DNA from: an uncultured Gammaproteobacteria bacterium
Lineage (GTDB): Bacteria > Patescibacteriota > Microgenomatia > UBA8517
Assembly: GCA_964502815.1 (NCBI GenBank)
Contig: CAZCXV010000003.1
Location: 4,694-68,693 of the forward strand
Length of the DNA stretch: 64,000 nucleotides
Direction of reading: 5' to 3'
Below are positions 8,652 through 18,082 of this stretch, piece by piece (the first letter of the stretch is position 1; each line of letters begins with the position of its first letter). The translations under genes were made by a program, and so were the position numbers. The notes under the pieces are model-generated. The model was not told the DNA's origin. It did no database searches and saw only the letters and a list, made by a program, of their open reading frames with translations.

Positions 8652-10117
8652 TTAGACTTTTAAGTATACAAGACAATAATATAATAATTGGCTTTGATCA
8701 GGCCAGAGACTTATTTTCAGCCAAAACAATTTGGACACATAAAGACTTAAAAATAATCGGACCAACTGCAGGCAATAATACTGACCTACACCATGGCATC
8801 TTGTGGAGTTATTTTATTTTGCCTCCAATTATTCTTTTCGGGGGTAACCCTTATTTTGTATCTTTTTGGAATAGCCTATTTAATTTGGGGGCTGTAGTGT
8901 CAATTTATTTCCTGGCCAAGTCGGTGTTTAAGTCAAGTAAGACAGGATTAATTTCGGCATTTTTGGCTGCAGTCTCAATATATTTCGTTGAGTATTCAAG
9001 TTGGCTGTCAAATCCCTCGCCAACACTTCTAACTGTTCCACTGTTTTTCTTTGGAGTATGGAAATATGCGAGAGAAAAACATTGGGGACTAGTGGTAGCC
9101 TTTATCTCTCTGGGATTGTCTATCCAGTTTGAGCTTTTCTTTATTTACCTTATCCCAATTTTTTTACTTTTGTGTTTTATTTTGAAGTTAAAGTTTCCTG
9201 ATTTAAAAACTTTAACATTTTCAGTTATGGGTTTTTGTATTGTGACTTCAACGATGATTGTTACCGAAATTAAATATAATTTTTCTGGAATAGCTTCAAT
9301 ATTGGGTGCAGGTAGTGATGTCGGTGGAGGAGAAGACAAGCTGGCAAATGTGCCAAAGTATGTAGACAGATTTTTGTTAACTTTTTCCCAAACTCTTTTT
9401 CCACAGAGTTTGGCTTTAGGAAGAATTGTTGGCATATTAACAGTTTTGGCATTCTTATTTTTAGTAATTAAAAATTTTAAAGACAAGAAAAAGGTAAAGC
9501 CGTATGTTTTTATTCTTGTCTATCTTCTTTCCTCTTCAATTATGCTTTTTCTTGGCTATCACGATGCGCCTTGGTTTTTAATTGGCCTGTCTCCAGCAAT
9601 TATTGTTTCAGTAGGTTTTCTGATGTCAAAGATTAATAATAATTATCTTTTGGGGTTAGTTTTATTATTAATTGGAATACTAAACTACCAAACTCTTAGT
9701 GGGACTAAAGGGGTAGGGCAGCCGCTATTGGGGCCAGACAGAGCTTCAATAATGGCAAAACAGCTGGAAACAATTGATTACACCTATCGAGCATCAGAAG
9801 GCGAATCGTTTGCAGTAAATACGCTGACCAACCCTTTGTATATTAATGCAGTTTGGGGTTATCACTATGATTGGTTTGACAAAATTTATGGCTACAAGCC
9901 TTCTTGGGGAGGAGGGGATCAGTTGTATCCATACAACACATTAGAGAGTATGACCGGCAGGGAAAAATATCTTTATTTAATATTTGATACAACACCAAGA
10001 GTTCCCTATGTGCATACACTTTTGATGCAAAAATGGGCAAATGAAAGGAGTGAACTAATTGAAGAAAAGGGATTTGGAGGAATAAAAGTGGAAAAGCGGC
10101 TTTTTACCAGTAGATGA
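8582..10117 (+). CDS. Polytopic membrane GT-C-like glycosyltransferase family protein (paralog B)
   Basis: The GFDQARDLF loop after TM1 aligns with the TMDQGRDAVY loop of paralog A, and the overall architecture is shared. Confidence 0.5.
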   Translation: MKLKLKISKTTWFLSVIVLLGLAFRLLSIQDNNIIIGFDQARDLFSAKTIWTHKDLKIIGPTAGNNTDLHHGILWSYFILPPIILFGGNPYFVSFWNSLFNLGAVVSIYFLAKSVFKSSKTGLISAFLAAVSIYFVEYSSWLSNPSPTLLTVPLFFFGVWKYAREKHWGLVVAFISLGLSIQFELFFIYLIPIFLLLCFILKLKFPDLKTLTFSVMGFCIVTSTMIVTEIKYNFSGIASILGAGSDVGGGEDKLANVPKYVDRFLLTFSQTLFPQSLALGRIVGILTVLAFLFLVIKNFKDKKKVKPYVFILVYLLSSSIMLFLGYHDAPWFLIGLSPAIIVSVGFLMSKINNNYLLGLVLLLIGILNYQTLSGTKGVGQPLLGPDRASIMAKQLETIDYTYRASEGESFAVNTLTNPLYINAVWGYHYDWFDKIYGYKPSWGGGDQLYPYNTLESMTGREKYLYLIFDTTPRVPYVHTLLMQKWANERSELIEEKGFGGIKVEKRLFTSR

Positions 10118-10179
10118 GTTGGCTTCATGTTAAAATTGACAAGTGAAAAAAGGCAACGGTTGCTATTGTTGTTATATTA

Positions 10180-10719
10180 TTGGTTACAGCTGCATTAATC
10201 GTAGGCGCTTACTATTTGGGAAAACAAAGTGACAAGATGAGTATTTCAGAAGCCAACATTTCTTCTCCAACGCCAAATCCAAGCCCATCTGCTATTTCTG
10301 TTACAGCAATTCCAAAACTAACTTCAAAATATGATTATGCTGGCTGGCAAACATATACTGACTCAAAAGCAGGATTTTCGATTGGCTACTCTCCACAAGA
10401 AAAGATATTAGACAAAAAAGAAGGAGAATTTGTCTATTTCAGTAGATACAGAGTAGTCGTCTATTCTGATTACGACGGAGGATCTAGAAGGCAGTGGTTT
10501 AATAGTAAGTTTGATACCAGCACATATCAAGTTGCCTATGAAGACTATAGTGTTTTTAGGGTAAACGCACTAATAATTAAACTAAGTGATCCAGGAAGTA
10601 TGGGTAGTACCAATGTGGTAATTCCAAGGGGGAGAGAGGTCTATCTTTATTCTGCAAGTTCAGGAAGTGAGAGTCTAGATATAACAAAACAAATTATCTC
10701 TACCTTCAAGTTTTTGTAG
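10180..10719 (+). CDS. Hypothetical membrane-anchored protein (probable non-ATG start)
   Basis: N-terminal TM helix and a Ser/Pro-rich linker. The frame is open from 10147 with no in-frame ATG until an internal Met. Confidence 0.35.
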   Translation: MVTAALIVGAYYLGKQSDKMSISEANISSPTPNPSPSAISVTAIPKLTSKYDYAGWQTYTDSKAGFSIGYSPQEKILDKKEGEFVYFSRYRVVVYSDYDGGSRRQWFNSKFDTSTYQVAYEDYSVFRVNALIIKLSDPGSMGSTNVVIPRGREVYLYSASSGSESLDITKQIISTFKFL

Positions 10720-11065
10720 GTTTAAAAAATAGGTTCAAAATAGTTCATCATATTCCTGACGTAACTCCCCTTGGTTGGATCTCTCAAGGAACTCAGTCAC
10801 AGAAATCGCTTTCTCAGGTTTACGAATTTGATTAGTTACGCTAGTTGATGTTCCCGCATCTCCATCAGTAATCCAAGGAATTGAGGTGGTATAGAATCCT
10901 TGGAAATTGGTGAGTTATTGGGATGGACAATAAATGCTGATTCAGTTTCTAGGACATCTTCACTCATGAATATTATTATAGCCTAAAATACCAAAATAGC
11001 TTTTGGCTAATATAAAGACTTTGTCCATCAAGTGGGCAGGCTATTGTGTAATTTGATTTGCCATA

Positions 11066-11905
11066 TTATGGCTTTTTCAGTAAATGCAAATCTTTAGAGT
11101 TTTTTGGAAGAATTACTTTTTTCCCTGTTGTTTGTTCAATTTCTTTTCTGGCATTTCCTGCAATTGAGCCACCCTTAATTGCAACTTTTCTGTTCTCATT
11201 AAAACTTTCTGGTTTGAGAGATTTTGATATTTCAGTAGTTGAAGTTTCAGCAAGCATATTGAGAACCAATTCAAGGTTTGTCATGTTGTCTCTTAAGTTT
11301 TCTTTTTTCAAATTTTTGTAGTTTTTGTATTCTCTAGTTTTCATTCCAGCCCAGGCAAAAGTAATATCGTCAGTAAGGATTGCAAATTCGCCTGAAGTAT
11401 TAACACCCCTTTCTTCCCATTCATCTGTCAAATCTTTTCTGATATCAATGCTTTTTAGTCTTAAATTGACCCATTCCTTGGAGTAGCCCTTCTTTAGGTA
11501 ATAGTTCATTGCTCTTTGGATGGCTTTTTCTGGATCATCTACTTCTTCGACTCTTTCATAGCCAACGCGAGCCAGCCACAACTTAAATGGTTCTGCATTA
11601 GGAGAGGGGATAGATTGAATTATTCTAAACATTGTTTCTGTGTCTGCTGCATCGGTTAGGTAATATTTACCATCTGAAGATTGCATTTTCAGTTGTACGA
11701 TTTTTTCGTACGACTGACTACCTTCATTTTTCAGTTTTGTTTTTAGATCTGACCAATATCTTTTAGGAACACTGCTTCCAGAAAGAATGCCTATAACATC
11801 AATCACAGAAAAATACCATTCTTCTTTGATATGGTCCCAATATCTTCTTATCTTGTTTCCTTCAAACAAAACAATTTTTGCCGAATCTTTATGTTTACTA
11901 TCCAT
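11066..11905 (-). CDS. Bro-N / DinD-like DNA-damage-inducible family protein (paralog 1)
   Basis: The N-terminal region FEGNKIRRYWDHIKEEWYFSVIDVIGIL is Bro-N-like. The central block FRIIQSIPSPNAEPFKLWLARVGYERVEE recurs in the 41179..42018 paralog. The C-terminal region is similar to the dinD gene at 63005. Confidence 0.65.
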   Translation of the reverse strand: MDSKHKDSAKIVLFEGNKIRRYWDHIKEEWYFSVIDVIGILSGSSVPKRYWSDLKTKLKNEGSQSYEKIVQLKMQSSDGKYYLTDAADTETMFRIIQSIPSPNAEPFKLWLARVGYERVEEVDDPEKAIQRAMNYYLKKGYSKEWVNLRLKSIDIRKDLTDEWEERGVNTSGEFAILTDDITFAWAGMKTREYKNYKNLKKENLRDNMTNLELVLNMLAETSTTEISKSLKPESFNENRKVAIKGGSIAGNARKEIEQTTGKKVILPKNSKDLHLLKKP

Positions 11906-12119
11906 ATTTTTAAAGTTGAATCTTAAGTTATTAATCTACAACATTATTTTACATTTGTCAAGCTATCGAAGATTAGTATATACTTCTCAACATTTTCTTA
12001 CTTATGTGGCAGGTTTAATTTTATTTATTTTCTTTAGATTATCATTTAAGGATAAGTAAAAATCATCTTTGGGGATGAATGATTTTCTTTTGGGAAGTAA
12101 GACACGGCGAAAAGCCTAA

Positions 12120-12563
12120 AAGACAATAATCCTCAATACACATCTTGTCGGCACGGTCGATGAAGGCGCAGGCAGGCGTGCGATTGAAGAAGTTAGCATT
12201 GCTGAAGCCAAAGAATATATTGAGGAAGTAAAGCTTTACTTGGTTACCTACGGAGGCGACCTTCTGTATGTATTTGCCCTGTATGACCATATTATTTCTT
12301 CCAAAAAACCAGTGGATATTGTTGCCGAGGGCGTATGTATGTCGGCCGGGGTGATGATCTTGCAGGTTGCAAGAAGAAGGTATGCGACTCCCACTCTTTA
12401 TTTATGGTTCACCCATCAATCAATATTGTCGAAGAGAAGTCCTACCAGAAAATGTCTTTCTGTCTATAAGGCCTGCAGATTTGGCATGTATGGCTTAATT
12501 GATGAAGTTATAAATTTTCCCACTCTTTCAAAAGATCTACCCACAAGCTTTTCAAAAAACTAA
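12120..12563 (+). pseudogene. ClpP-family serine peptidase remnant (N-terminally truncated, frameshifted)
   Basis: KLYLVTYGGDLLYVFALYDHI...VDIVAEGVCMSAGVMIL...RRRYATPTLYLWFTHQS...YGLIDEVI aligns block-wise to ClpP (IYLYINSPGG..., the Ser motif, MIHQP, GLVDSI). There is no start Met and a frame break near 12430. Local GC is elevated. Confidence 0.5.
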
Positions 12564-13398
12564 GCCCTTTTGGTTTGAGAATTTCCTTTTTATTTTTCTG
12601 GTTGGTGATTTTATTTATCGAGCTTTGTATCCAGGCCAGAGATTCTTTTTTTGTTTTGCCATCAAAAAGGTGTCCACCCATTTCATAGTCAGGCAGTTTG
12701 GTGAATTTATCTATTTTTAAGACTCTGTTCAAATTTAAGAGGGCGTATTGTCGTATTGATTTTAGCGTCCCTTCCTTTTTAAATCTCCGAAGTGAAAAGT
12801 AGTAGTAATTGTCTCTGGAAATTTTAAAATTGAAACCTTCTTTTACCGCTCTTTCGAGTAAATCTGTGTCCTCTGCAAACTTCAGATTTTCATCAAAACC
12901 TTCTATTTTTTCAAATACACTTTTTCTGATGCCAATAAAAGCTCCAACAGAAGATGGAGAGCCAAAGAAGTTTGTAAACTCAAAAATACTGTTCAGGCCA
13001 ATGGCAATTGCTTTATCGGTCTGAAGCTTTGAATCCGTCTTTATCCAAGTAGTAAGAAGGTCTGTCTTATCCTTTTCAAAAGCAGCACACACTTTCGCAA
13101 TAAATATTTTTGGGATTTTAGTATCAGCGTCAAAAAAGATTAAAATATCTCCCTTGGCATTTTTTGCTCCCAAGTTTCTTTGAAAAGAGACATTTCTTTT
13201 ATCAGCTTTCAAGGTTTTGATTTTTAACCTATTATTAAAAGATGTTGCTTTGGCTAAAGTTTTGTCTTCGCTTTGGCCGTCAACAACAATTACCTCAAAA
13301 TCCTTAAGAGTTTGCTTTTCAAGGTTAGTAAGAAGCTTGGGCAAATATTTTTCCTCGTTAAGGCAGGGGATAACTATTGAGAAATGTGGATTGGCCAT
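12508..13398 (-). CDS. Family 2 glycosyltransferase
   Basis: FSIVIPCLNEEKYL...VIVVDGQSED...FFDADT are the GT2 DxD-type motifs. Confidence 0.8.
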   Translation of the reverse strand: MANPHFSIVIPCLNEEKYLPKLLTNLEKQTLKDFEVIVVDGQSEDKTLAKATSFNNRLKIKTLKADKRNVSFQRNLGAKNAKGDILIFFDADTKIPKIFIAKVCAAFEKDKTDLLTTWIKTDSKLQTDKAIAIGLNSIFEFTNFFGSPSSVGAFIGIRKSVFEKIEGFDENLKFAEDTDLLERAVKEGFNFKISRDNYYYFSLRRFKKEGTLKSIRQYALLNLNRVLKIDKFTKLPDYEMGGHLFDGKTKKESLAWIQSSINKITNQKNKKEILKPKGLSFLKSLWVDLLKEWENL

Positions 13399-13475
13399 GA
13401 AATATATTATATAGCAAACTCAAAAAAATGACCTATTGACATATACTATGGGTAGTGCTATTTTAATGACAGTAA

Positions 13476-13964
13476 ATGGTAACAAATAGATTTGATATTA
13501 AAAACGTAAATAAAAGGGATATTTTGGCGGGTCTTTTGGTTTTGATTGTTGCAGGTATAGTTGTCTACATGTTTGTCAAACCAAATGTTCCAAAAACAAA
13601 CATCACTTTACCGACAGTAAGACCAACAGAAAAAATTGAAAACAAATTTAACTTGCAAATCCCAGACGACGTTGAAAGGATCGATTTAAACGATGTTTTA
13701 GATGGAACTGGGTCTGGCATTGCCACCAGAAATGAAATCCTAGTCGATCTTGCCGATCCAGAAACGGGAAAATTCTATCAAGCTTGGCTTGAGGACAACT
13801 CTGGAAAAAGAATTTCTTTAGGCAAGTTGGTTATTGAAAAGGGTGGCTGGCTTGTTTCCTACAATTCAAAAGCTTCTCCAGAGTACAAAAAAGTAATTGT
13901 TAGTTTGGAAACCAAGTTTGATAATATCCTAGAAACCAAGGTTCTTGAAGGAAGCTTCAAATAG
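13476..13964 (+). CDS. Hypothetical membrane-anchored protein
   Basis: N-terminal TM helix and no motif. Confidence 0.35.
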   Translation: MVTNRFDIKNVNKRDILAGLLVLIVAGIVVYMFVKPNVPKTNITLPTVRPTEKIENKFNLQIPDDVERIDLNDVLDGTGSGIATRNEILVDLADPETGKFYQAWLEDNSGKRISLGKLVIEKGGWLVSYNSKASPEYKKVIVSLETKFDNILETKVLEGSFK

Positions 13965-13990
13965 ACTCTCAAGACTGCTACAATTAACTT

Positions 13991-14704
13991 GTGAATGTTA
14001 AATTTGCTTCTTTAGTGTTTTCTCTTTTTGCTGTTGGTTTTGGTTTTCTTTTTTTTCCAACACCAACTTATGCAAGTTTGGTAAACATTAAGCCTGATGG
14101 AAAAGTTATAGTCAATATATTAGGGGCAAAAGACTCAATTGCGATGTATGTTCCAAAAAGGCAGTCATTATCGGTTAATGGTGAGAACATCGAAATCTTT
14201 AGGGATGGAGAAACCTTCAAATTAGCCCTAAATGACAGCAATCTTGATATCACGCAGTACCAAGATAATTTAATTGAGATAGAGGAAACGCCTGAAAAAG
14301 AGAGAGTCAAAATATCTTTGGTTGACGGCAAGTTTAAGATCGAGCAGGAAGGTATTGCGGTTTTGACCTCTTTTCCAATCGAAATTGATCCATCGGTTAG
14401 GCAAATTTCTGTAAAAACAGAAACTGGTAAGAAATATTTGGCAATACTTCCAAAAGAAGCCTCGGCAATTCTCCTTCGTTCAAAGTTGGTTGATAAGGTA
14501 GATGCTAATTGGAATTTGTTGGAGGAGCAGGATGGGGTTTTGGTTTACAAATTAAAGGGCAATAAAACTGTAAACATCTTCAATATTAGTAAATATTCAA
14601 GCGATATCGAAACCCAAGTATCCGCAGCCGATGGAGCGGTCATTGGATCAAATGAACCAGTTTGGTTAAAAATTCTTTCCTTTTTCCTGTCCAGCAAGGG
14701 CTAA
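13991..14704 (+). CDS. Secreted hypothetical protein
   Basis: Signal-peptide-like N-terminus FASLVFSLFAVGFGFLFF. Confidence 0.35.
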   Translation: MNVKFASLVFSLFAVGFGFLFFPTPTYASLVNIKPDGKVIVNILGAKDSIAMYVPKRQSLSVNGENIEIFRDGETFKLALNDSNLDITQYQDNLIEIEETPEKERVKISLVDGKFKIEQEGIAVLTSFPIEIDPSVRQISVKTETGKKYLAILPKEASAILLRSKLVDKVDANWNLLEEQDGVLVYKLKGNKTVNIFNISKYSSDIETQVSAADGAVIGSNEPVWLKILSFFLSSKG

Positions 14705-14713
14705 TGAAAAACT

Positions 14714-14962
14714 ATGAAAGTAACGCTTTACTCCACAGATACTTCCAAAAATAGCCAGCTTCTCAAAAACTATTTTAACGAGAAAAAAGTTCCTTTTTTA
14801 GAAAAACAAATCAATAGAAATGAATTTTTTCAAAGTGAGTTGGCAAAAATTGCCGCAGGTTTTTCAGGAGTACCCGTTGTTTTGATTCAAAAAGAGGGTG
14901 ATAGCAGTCAAATTGTGATAGGATTTGACAAAGGCAAGATAAATAGTATTCTAGGGCTATAA
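14714..14962 (+). CDS. Glutaredoxin/NrdH-like thioredoxin-fold protein lacking CxxC
   Basis: KVTLYS...GVPVVLIQKEG...IGFDKGKINSILG follows the Grx topology with its conserved VP and GGxdd-like motifs. There is no cysteine at the active-site position. Confidence 0.45.
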   Translation: MKVTLYSTDTSKNSQLLKNYFNEKKVPFLEKQINRNEFFQSELAKIAAGFSGVPVVLIQKEGDSSQIVIGFDKGKINSILGL

Positions 14963-14981
14963 TTTTAGTTATTTTGAACTA

Positions 14982-15638
14982 ATGATTTTTATTAACTTTA
15001 AAACATATCAACAAGCAACGGGAGTTAATGCAGTTTATTTAGCCCAGATATTTGAACAAGTTTCCCATGAAACCGGAACTAAAATCGTTGCCGTCGTTCA
15101 GGCCACAGACATTAAAGAAGTCTCTCAGAAGGTAAATATTGAAGTCTGGGCTCAAATTATAGATCCAGTGGAATATGGAGCCCACACAGGAGCAATTTTA
15201 CCCGAGGCCGTTTTGGAAGACGGCGCTCAGGGAGCATTTTTGAATCATTCTGAAAACAAAATGGAGATGGAAAAGATAATGCTCGCCGTAAAACGGGCAG
15301 ACGAAATTGGATTGAAGACTTTGGTCTTTGCTGGAGATATAGATGAGCTAAAACAGATAATCAAACTTTCTCCAACTTACATTTCATATGAGCCAGCAGA
15401 ACTTGTGGGTAGTGTGTCAGTTTCTGTTTCCCAGGCCAAACCAGAAGTAATAAAGGAAGCTGCCGAGGTTGCAAAAGATAAAGGAATTCCTCTAATTGTT
15501 GGCGCAGGGATTCACTCGGCGGAGGATGTTAGGAAAAGTCTTGACTTAGGAGCTTCTGGAATTGTCGTGGCGACTAACATTGTTAAGGCAGAAAATCCAA
15601 AACAGGCACTTCTGGATTTAATTGAGGGATTTAGATAA
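14982..15638 (+). CDS. tpiA: Triosephosphate isomerase (short, archaeal type)
   Basis: NFKTY, GAHTGA and NHSENK motifs in a protein of about 218 aa. Confidence 0.8.
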   Translation: MIFINFKTYQQATGVNAVYLAQIFEQVSHETGTKIVAVVQATDIKEVSQKVNIEVWAQIIDPVEYGAHTGAILPEAVLEDGAQGAFLNHSENKMEMEKIMLAVKRADEIGLKTLVFAGDIDELKQIIKLSPTYISYEPAELVGSVSVSVSQAKPEVIKEAAEVAKDKGIPLIVGAGIHSAEDVRKSLDLGASGIVVATNIVKAENPKQALLDLIEGFR

Positions 15639-17586
15639 AGTTGACATGAAATTTTCGAAACTAGTCATTAGTATTTTTCTATTGTTTGTTGTATTTCTGG
15701 CTTTCCCTAAAAACGTATCTGCAGAAAAATCATACAGTATTGATTCTGTGAATATTAATCTGAATGTTAATAAAGACGGATCGATGGACGTTGTTGAGAC
15801 AAGACAATATGACTTTAGCGGTGATTACACTTTTGCCTATCAATATTTAAACAAGTTTGGCAACCCTAAAGATTCTTCTGGCAGAAAAGAGGAATATCAA
15901 ATGAGCGGGTTTAAGATTTGCGATGAAGCTACTTGTTATAGACAAATTGCTCCTAGTGTAGGAAAAAGCTTAGATGTGGCAGAAAAAAGGATTCTTAATT
16001 CCGGGACTTACTATGTTGAGGAATTGACAGACAGGTATTATATTCACTGGTTTTACTCGGCCAAAAATATTTCTAAAATATTCAAACTTTCCTATAAAGT
16101 AAATAATGCCATCACTCTCCATAAAGATATGGCAGAGCTTTATTGGAAATTAATTGGTGATGATTGGGAAATAAGGCAGGAAAATATAACTGCCAGTGTA
16201 GTTTTTCCGCTTGACAGTGATGGAACAAATATTTTTGCTTGGGCACATGGACCACTAAACGGCGTTGTCAGCATTCCTGACAAGAAAACAATTAATTACT
16301 CTTCACCTTTTTTGCAGCCAGGAAACTTTTTTGAAGCCAGAGTTATCTATCCCAAACAAGCCTTTGTTGGTGGCTTGCAGGGTAATTTGGTTATAGAAGA
16401 CATAGTTCAGGTTGAAAATAAATTTATTGCTGATACCAAGACAAAACTTGGCTGGCAAAAAGCAAAGGCAATGGGTATTGTTTTAGTGTCACTTATCTTG
16501 CTTGTTTTTCAGTTATTCCAGTTTGTTAAAGTTGGCAAACTTTTTATCAAGCATGGCAGAGATGTAGTTTTGCCAGAAATTAATTTGTCGGGCAGACTGT
16601 GGGATCCGCCAAGCGATATTAATCCAACGCAATTGGAACAGCTTCTAAACGGCAATAAAACTTTGTCGCCTAAGGCTTTTACTGCGACAATTCTTTCTTT
16701 GGTTAGAAAGAGATTTTTGAAGATTAAAAGAAGCGACAAAAAAACAGGCTTGATATTTAAGGATTATACATATTCACTAATAAAAACTGGCAAGGGAGAA
16801 TTAGAATTGGATAGCGTTGAGAAAAAAGTATTAGACTTTGTTTTTGATAGTGTTGGAATAGGTGATGACGAAGTAAGTTTGGATGAAATTGTTAGCTACT
16901 GTAAATCTTCTAGAGTCTCCGCACACGCTTTCTTTAAAGGTCTTGAAGAACAAGCCTTCAAAAACAATCTGTCTCAGGGCTATTTTGAAACGGCTTCACA
17001 CGAGTTGGTCAAAAATGGAACCTATATTCTAAGTAATATTGTCCCATTTGTGCTACAGATTTTATTGATTAGTATTTTTGTCCCAATATTTGCAATTTCA
17101 GAAAACAGCTTATCTAGTGTGATTTTAATAGTAAGCGCCGTTTTCTCTTTTTGCCTATTTATAATATCTGTCTTCTTTACCGTTTTTGGAGAGAAAAGAA
17201 CACTTAAAGGAAGTCAAGAGACGGCTGGGTGGAAAGCTTTCAAGAAACACTTGGAAGAGTACAAAATTACCAAGATGTATCCAATTGATTCAATAATTTT
17301 GTGGGAAAAGTATTTGGTTTATGGAACCCTTCTTGGTGTATCTGCAAAAGCTTTGTCACAATTTCCGGTGAAGTTTAGTAAGGCAGATAGTTCCACAGCT
17401 GCTGTTTATTGGGGTGGAATTCAAGGGTCTAACTTTTCTAGTGGCATTACGTCAATAAATTCAGCAATTTCTTCCATCTCTACATCCGTCTCATCAAGTT
17501 ATGGAGCAAGTGGAACCGGTTCGTCAGGAGGATCCTCTGGAGGTGGTGGCGGAGGGGGAGGAGGAGGCGGTGGTGGTGCTGGATAA
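15622..17586 (+). CDS. DUF2207-family membrane protein with C-terminal poly-Gly tail
   Basis: Signal peptide, then an SIDSVNINLNVNKDGSMDVVETRQYDFSGDYTFAY domain. TM helices follow, and the C-terminus is SSGGSSGGGGGGGGGGGGGAG. Confidence 0.65.
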   Translation: MRDLDKVDMKFSKLVISIFLLFVVFLAFPKNVSAEKSYSIDSVNINLNVNKDGSMDVVETRQYDFSGDYTFAYQYLNKFGNPKDSSGRKEEYQMSGFKICDEATCYRQIAPSVGKSLDVAEKRILNSGTYYVEELTDRYYIHWFYSAKNISKIFKLSYKVNNAITLHKDMAELYWKLIGDDWEIRQENITASVVFPLDSDGTNIFAWAHGPLNGVVSIPDKKTINYSSPFLQPGNFFEARVIYPKQAFVGGLQGNLVIEDIVQVENKFIADTKTKLGWQKAKAMGIVLVSLILLVFQLFQFVKVGKLFIKHGRDVVLPEINLSGRLWDPPSDINPTQLEQLLNGNKTLSPKAFTATILSLVRKRFLKIKRSDKKTGLIFKDYTYSLIKTGKGELELDSVEKKVLDFVFDSVGIGDDEVSLDEIVSYCKSSRVSAHAFFKGLEEQAFKNNLSQGYFETASHELVKNGTYILSNIVPFVLQILLISIFVPIFAISENSLSSVILIVSAVFSFCLFIISVFFTVFGEKRTLKGSQETAGWKAFKKHLEEYKITKMYPIDSIILWEKYLVYGTLLGVSAKALSQFPVKFSKADSSTAAVYWGGIQGSNFSSGITSINSAISSISTSVSSSYGASGTGSSGGSSGGGGGGGGGGGGGAG

Positions 17587-17610
17587 TTATTAAGGAATAT
17601 ACTTAAAAAA

Positions 17611-18060
17611 ATGAAAATATACATCGGTGCAGACCACAAAGGATACAAATTAAAGGAAAAGATTAATACCTGGCTTTTTGAAAATGATTATTCATTTGAA
17701 GACTTGGGAGCTTTGAAGTTTGATCCGTATGACGACTATACTAAATATGCTTCAGATGTTGCCTCACTTGTGTCAGATAACAAAAACTCAAGAGGCATAC
17801 TTCTGTGTGGCTCTGGAGTTGGAGTTGATATTGTATCCAACAAATTCGACGGTGTGAGAGCATCGATTGGTAAAAACAGGGAACAAGTGAAAGCAGGCAG
17901 AAAGGATGATGATATGAATGTTTTAGTGATTGCCTCTGACTTTACCAAAGAAGATGAAGCCCTAGACATGGTAAAGGCGTTTTTGGATTCGGAATTTGAC
18001 CACAAAAAAAGACACAAAAGAAGGCTTGAGGAAATTGAAAAGATAGAAGCAAACAATTAA
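17611..18060 (+). CDS. rpiB: Ribose-5-phosphate isomerase B
   Basis: MKIYIGADHKGYKLK...GILLCGSGVGVDIVSNK is the RpiB/LacAB family signature. Confidence 0.85.
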   Translation: MKIYIGADHKGYKLKEKINTWLFENDYSFEDLGALKFDPYDDYTKYASDVASLVSDNKNSRGILLCGSGVGVDIVSNKFDGVRASIGKNREQVKAGRKDDDMNVLVIASDFTKEDEALDMVKAFLDSEFDHKKRHKRRLEEIEKIEANN

Positions 18061-18082
18061 CACTTCGGGGTATAATTTATAT

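Noticed and set aside
10750-10990. Minus-strand frame reading MSEDVLETESAFIVHPNN... followed out of frame by ...AISVTEFLERSNQGELRQEYDELF
   Set aside because: It looks like a frameshifted remnant of a small gene, possibly antitoxin-like. It is under 60 aa per frame with no recognisable family, too weak to call as a feature. I mentioned it only as context for the degraded patch.
12063-12290. Minus-strand 75-aa ORF
   Set aside because: It is antisense to the ClpP-like remnant and has no features. It is probably not a gene.
17530-17583. GGT/GGA/GGC-rich repeat
   Set aside because: It encodes the poly-Gly C-terminal tail of the DUF2207 protein, which is typical of that family. It is a low-complexity coding repeat, not a CRISPR or regulatory repeat.
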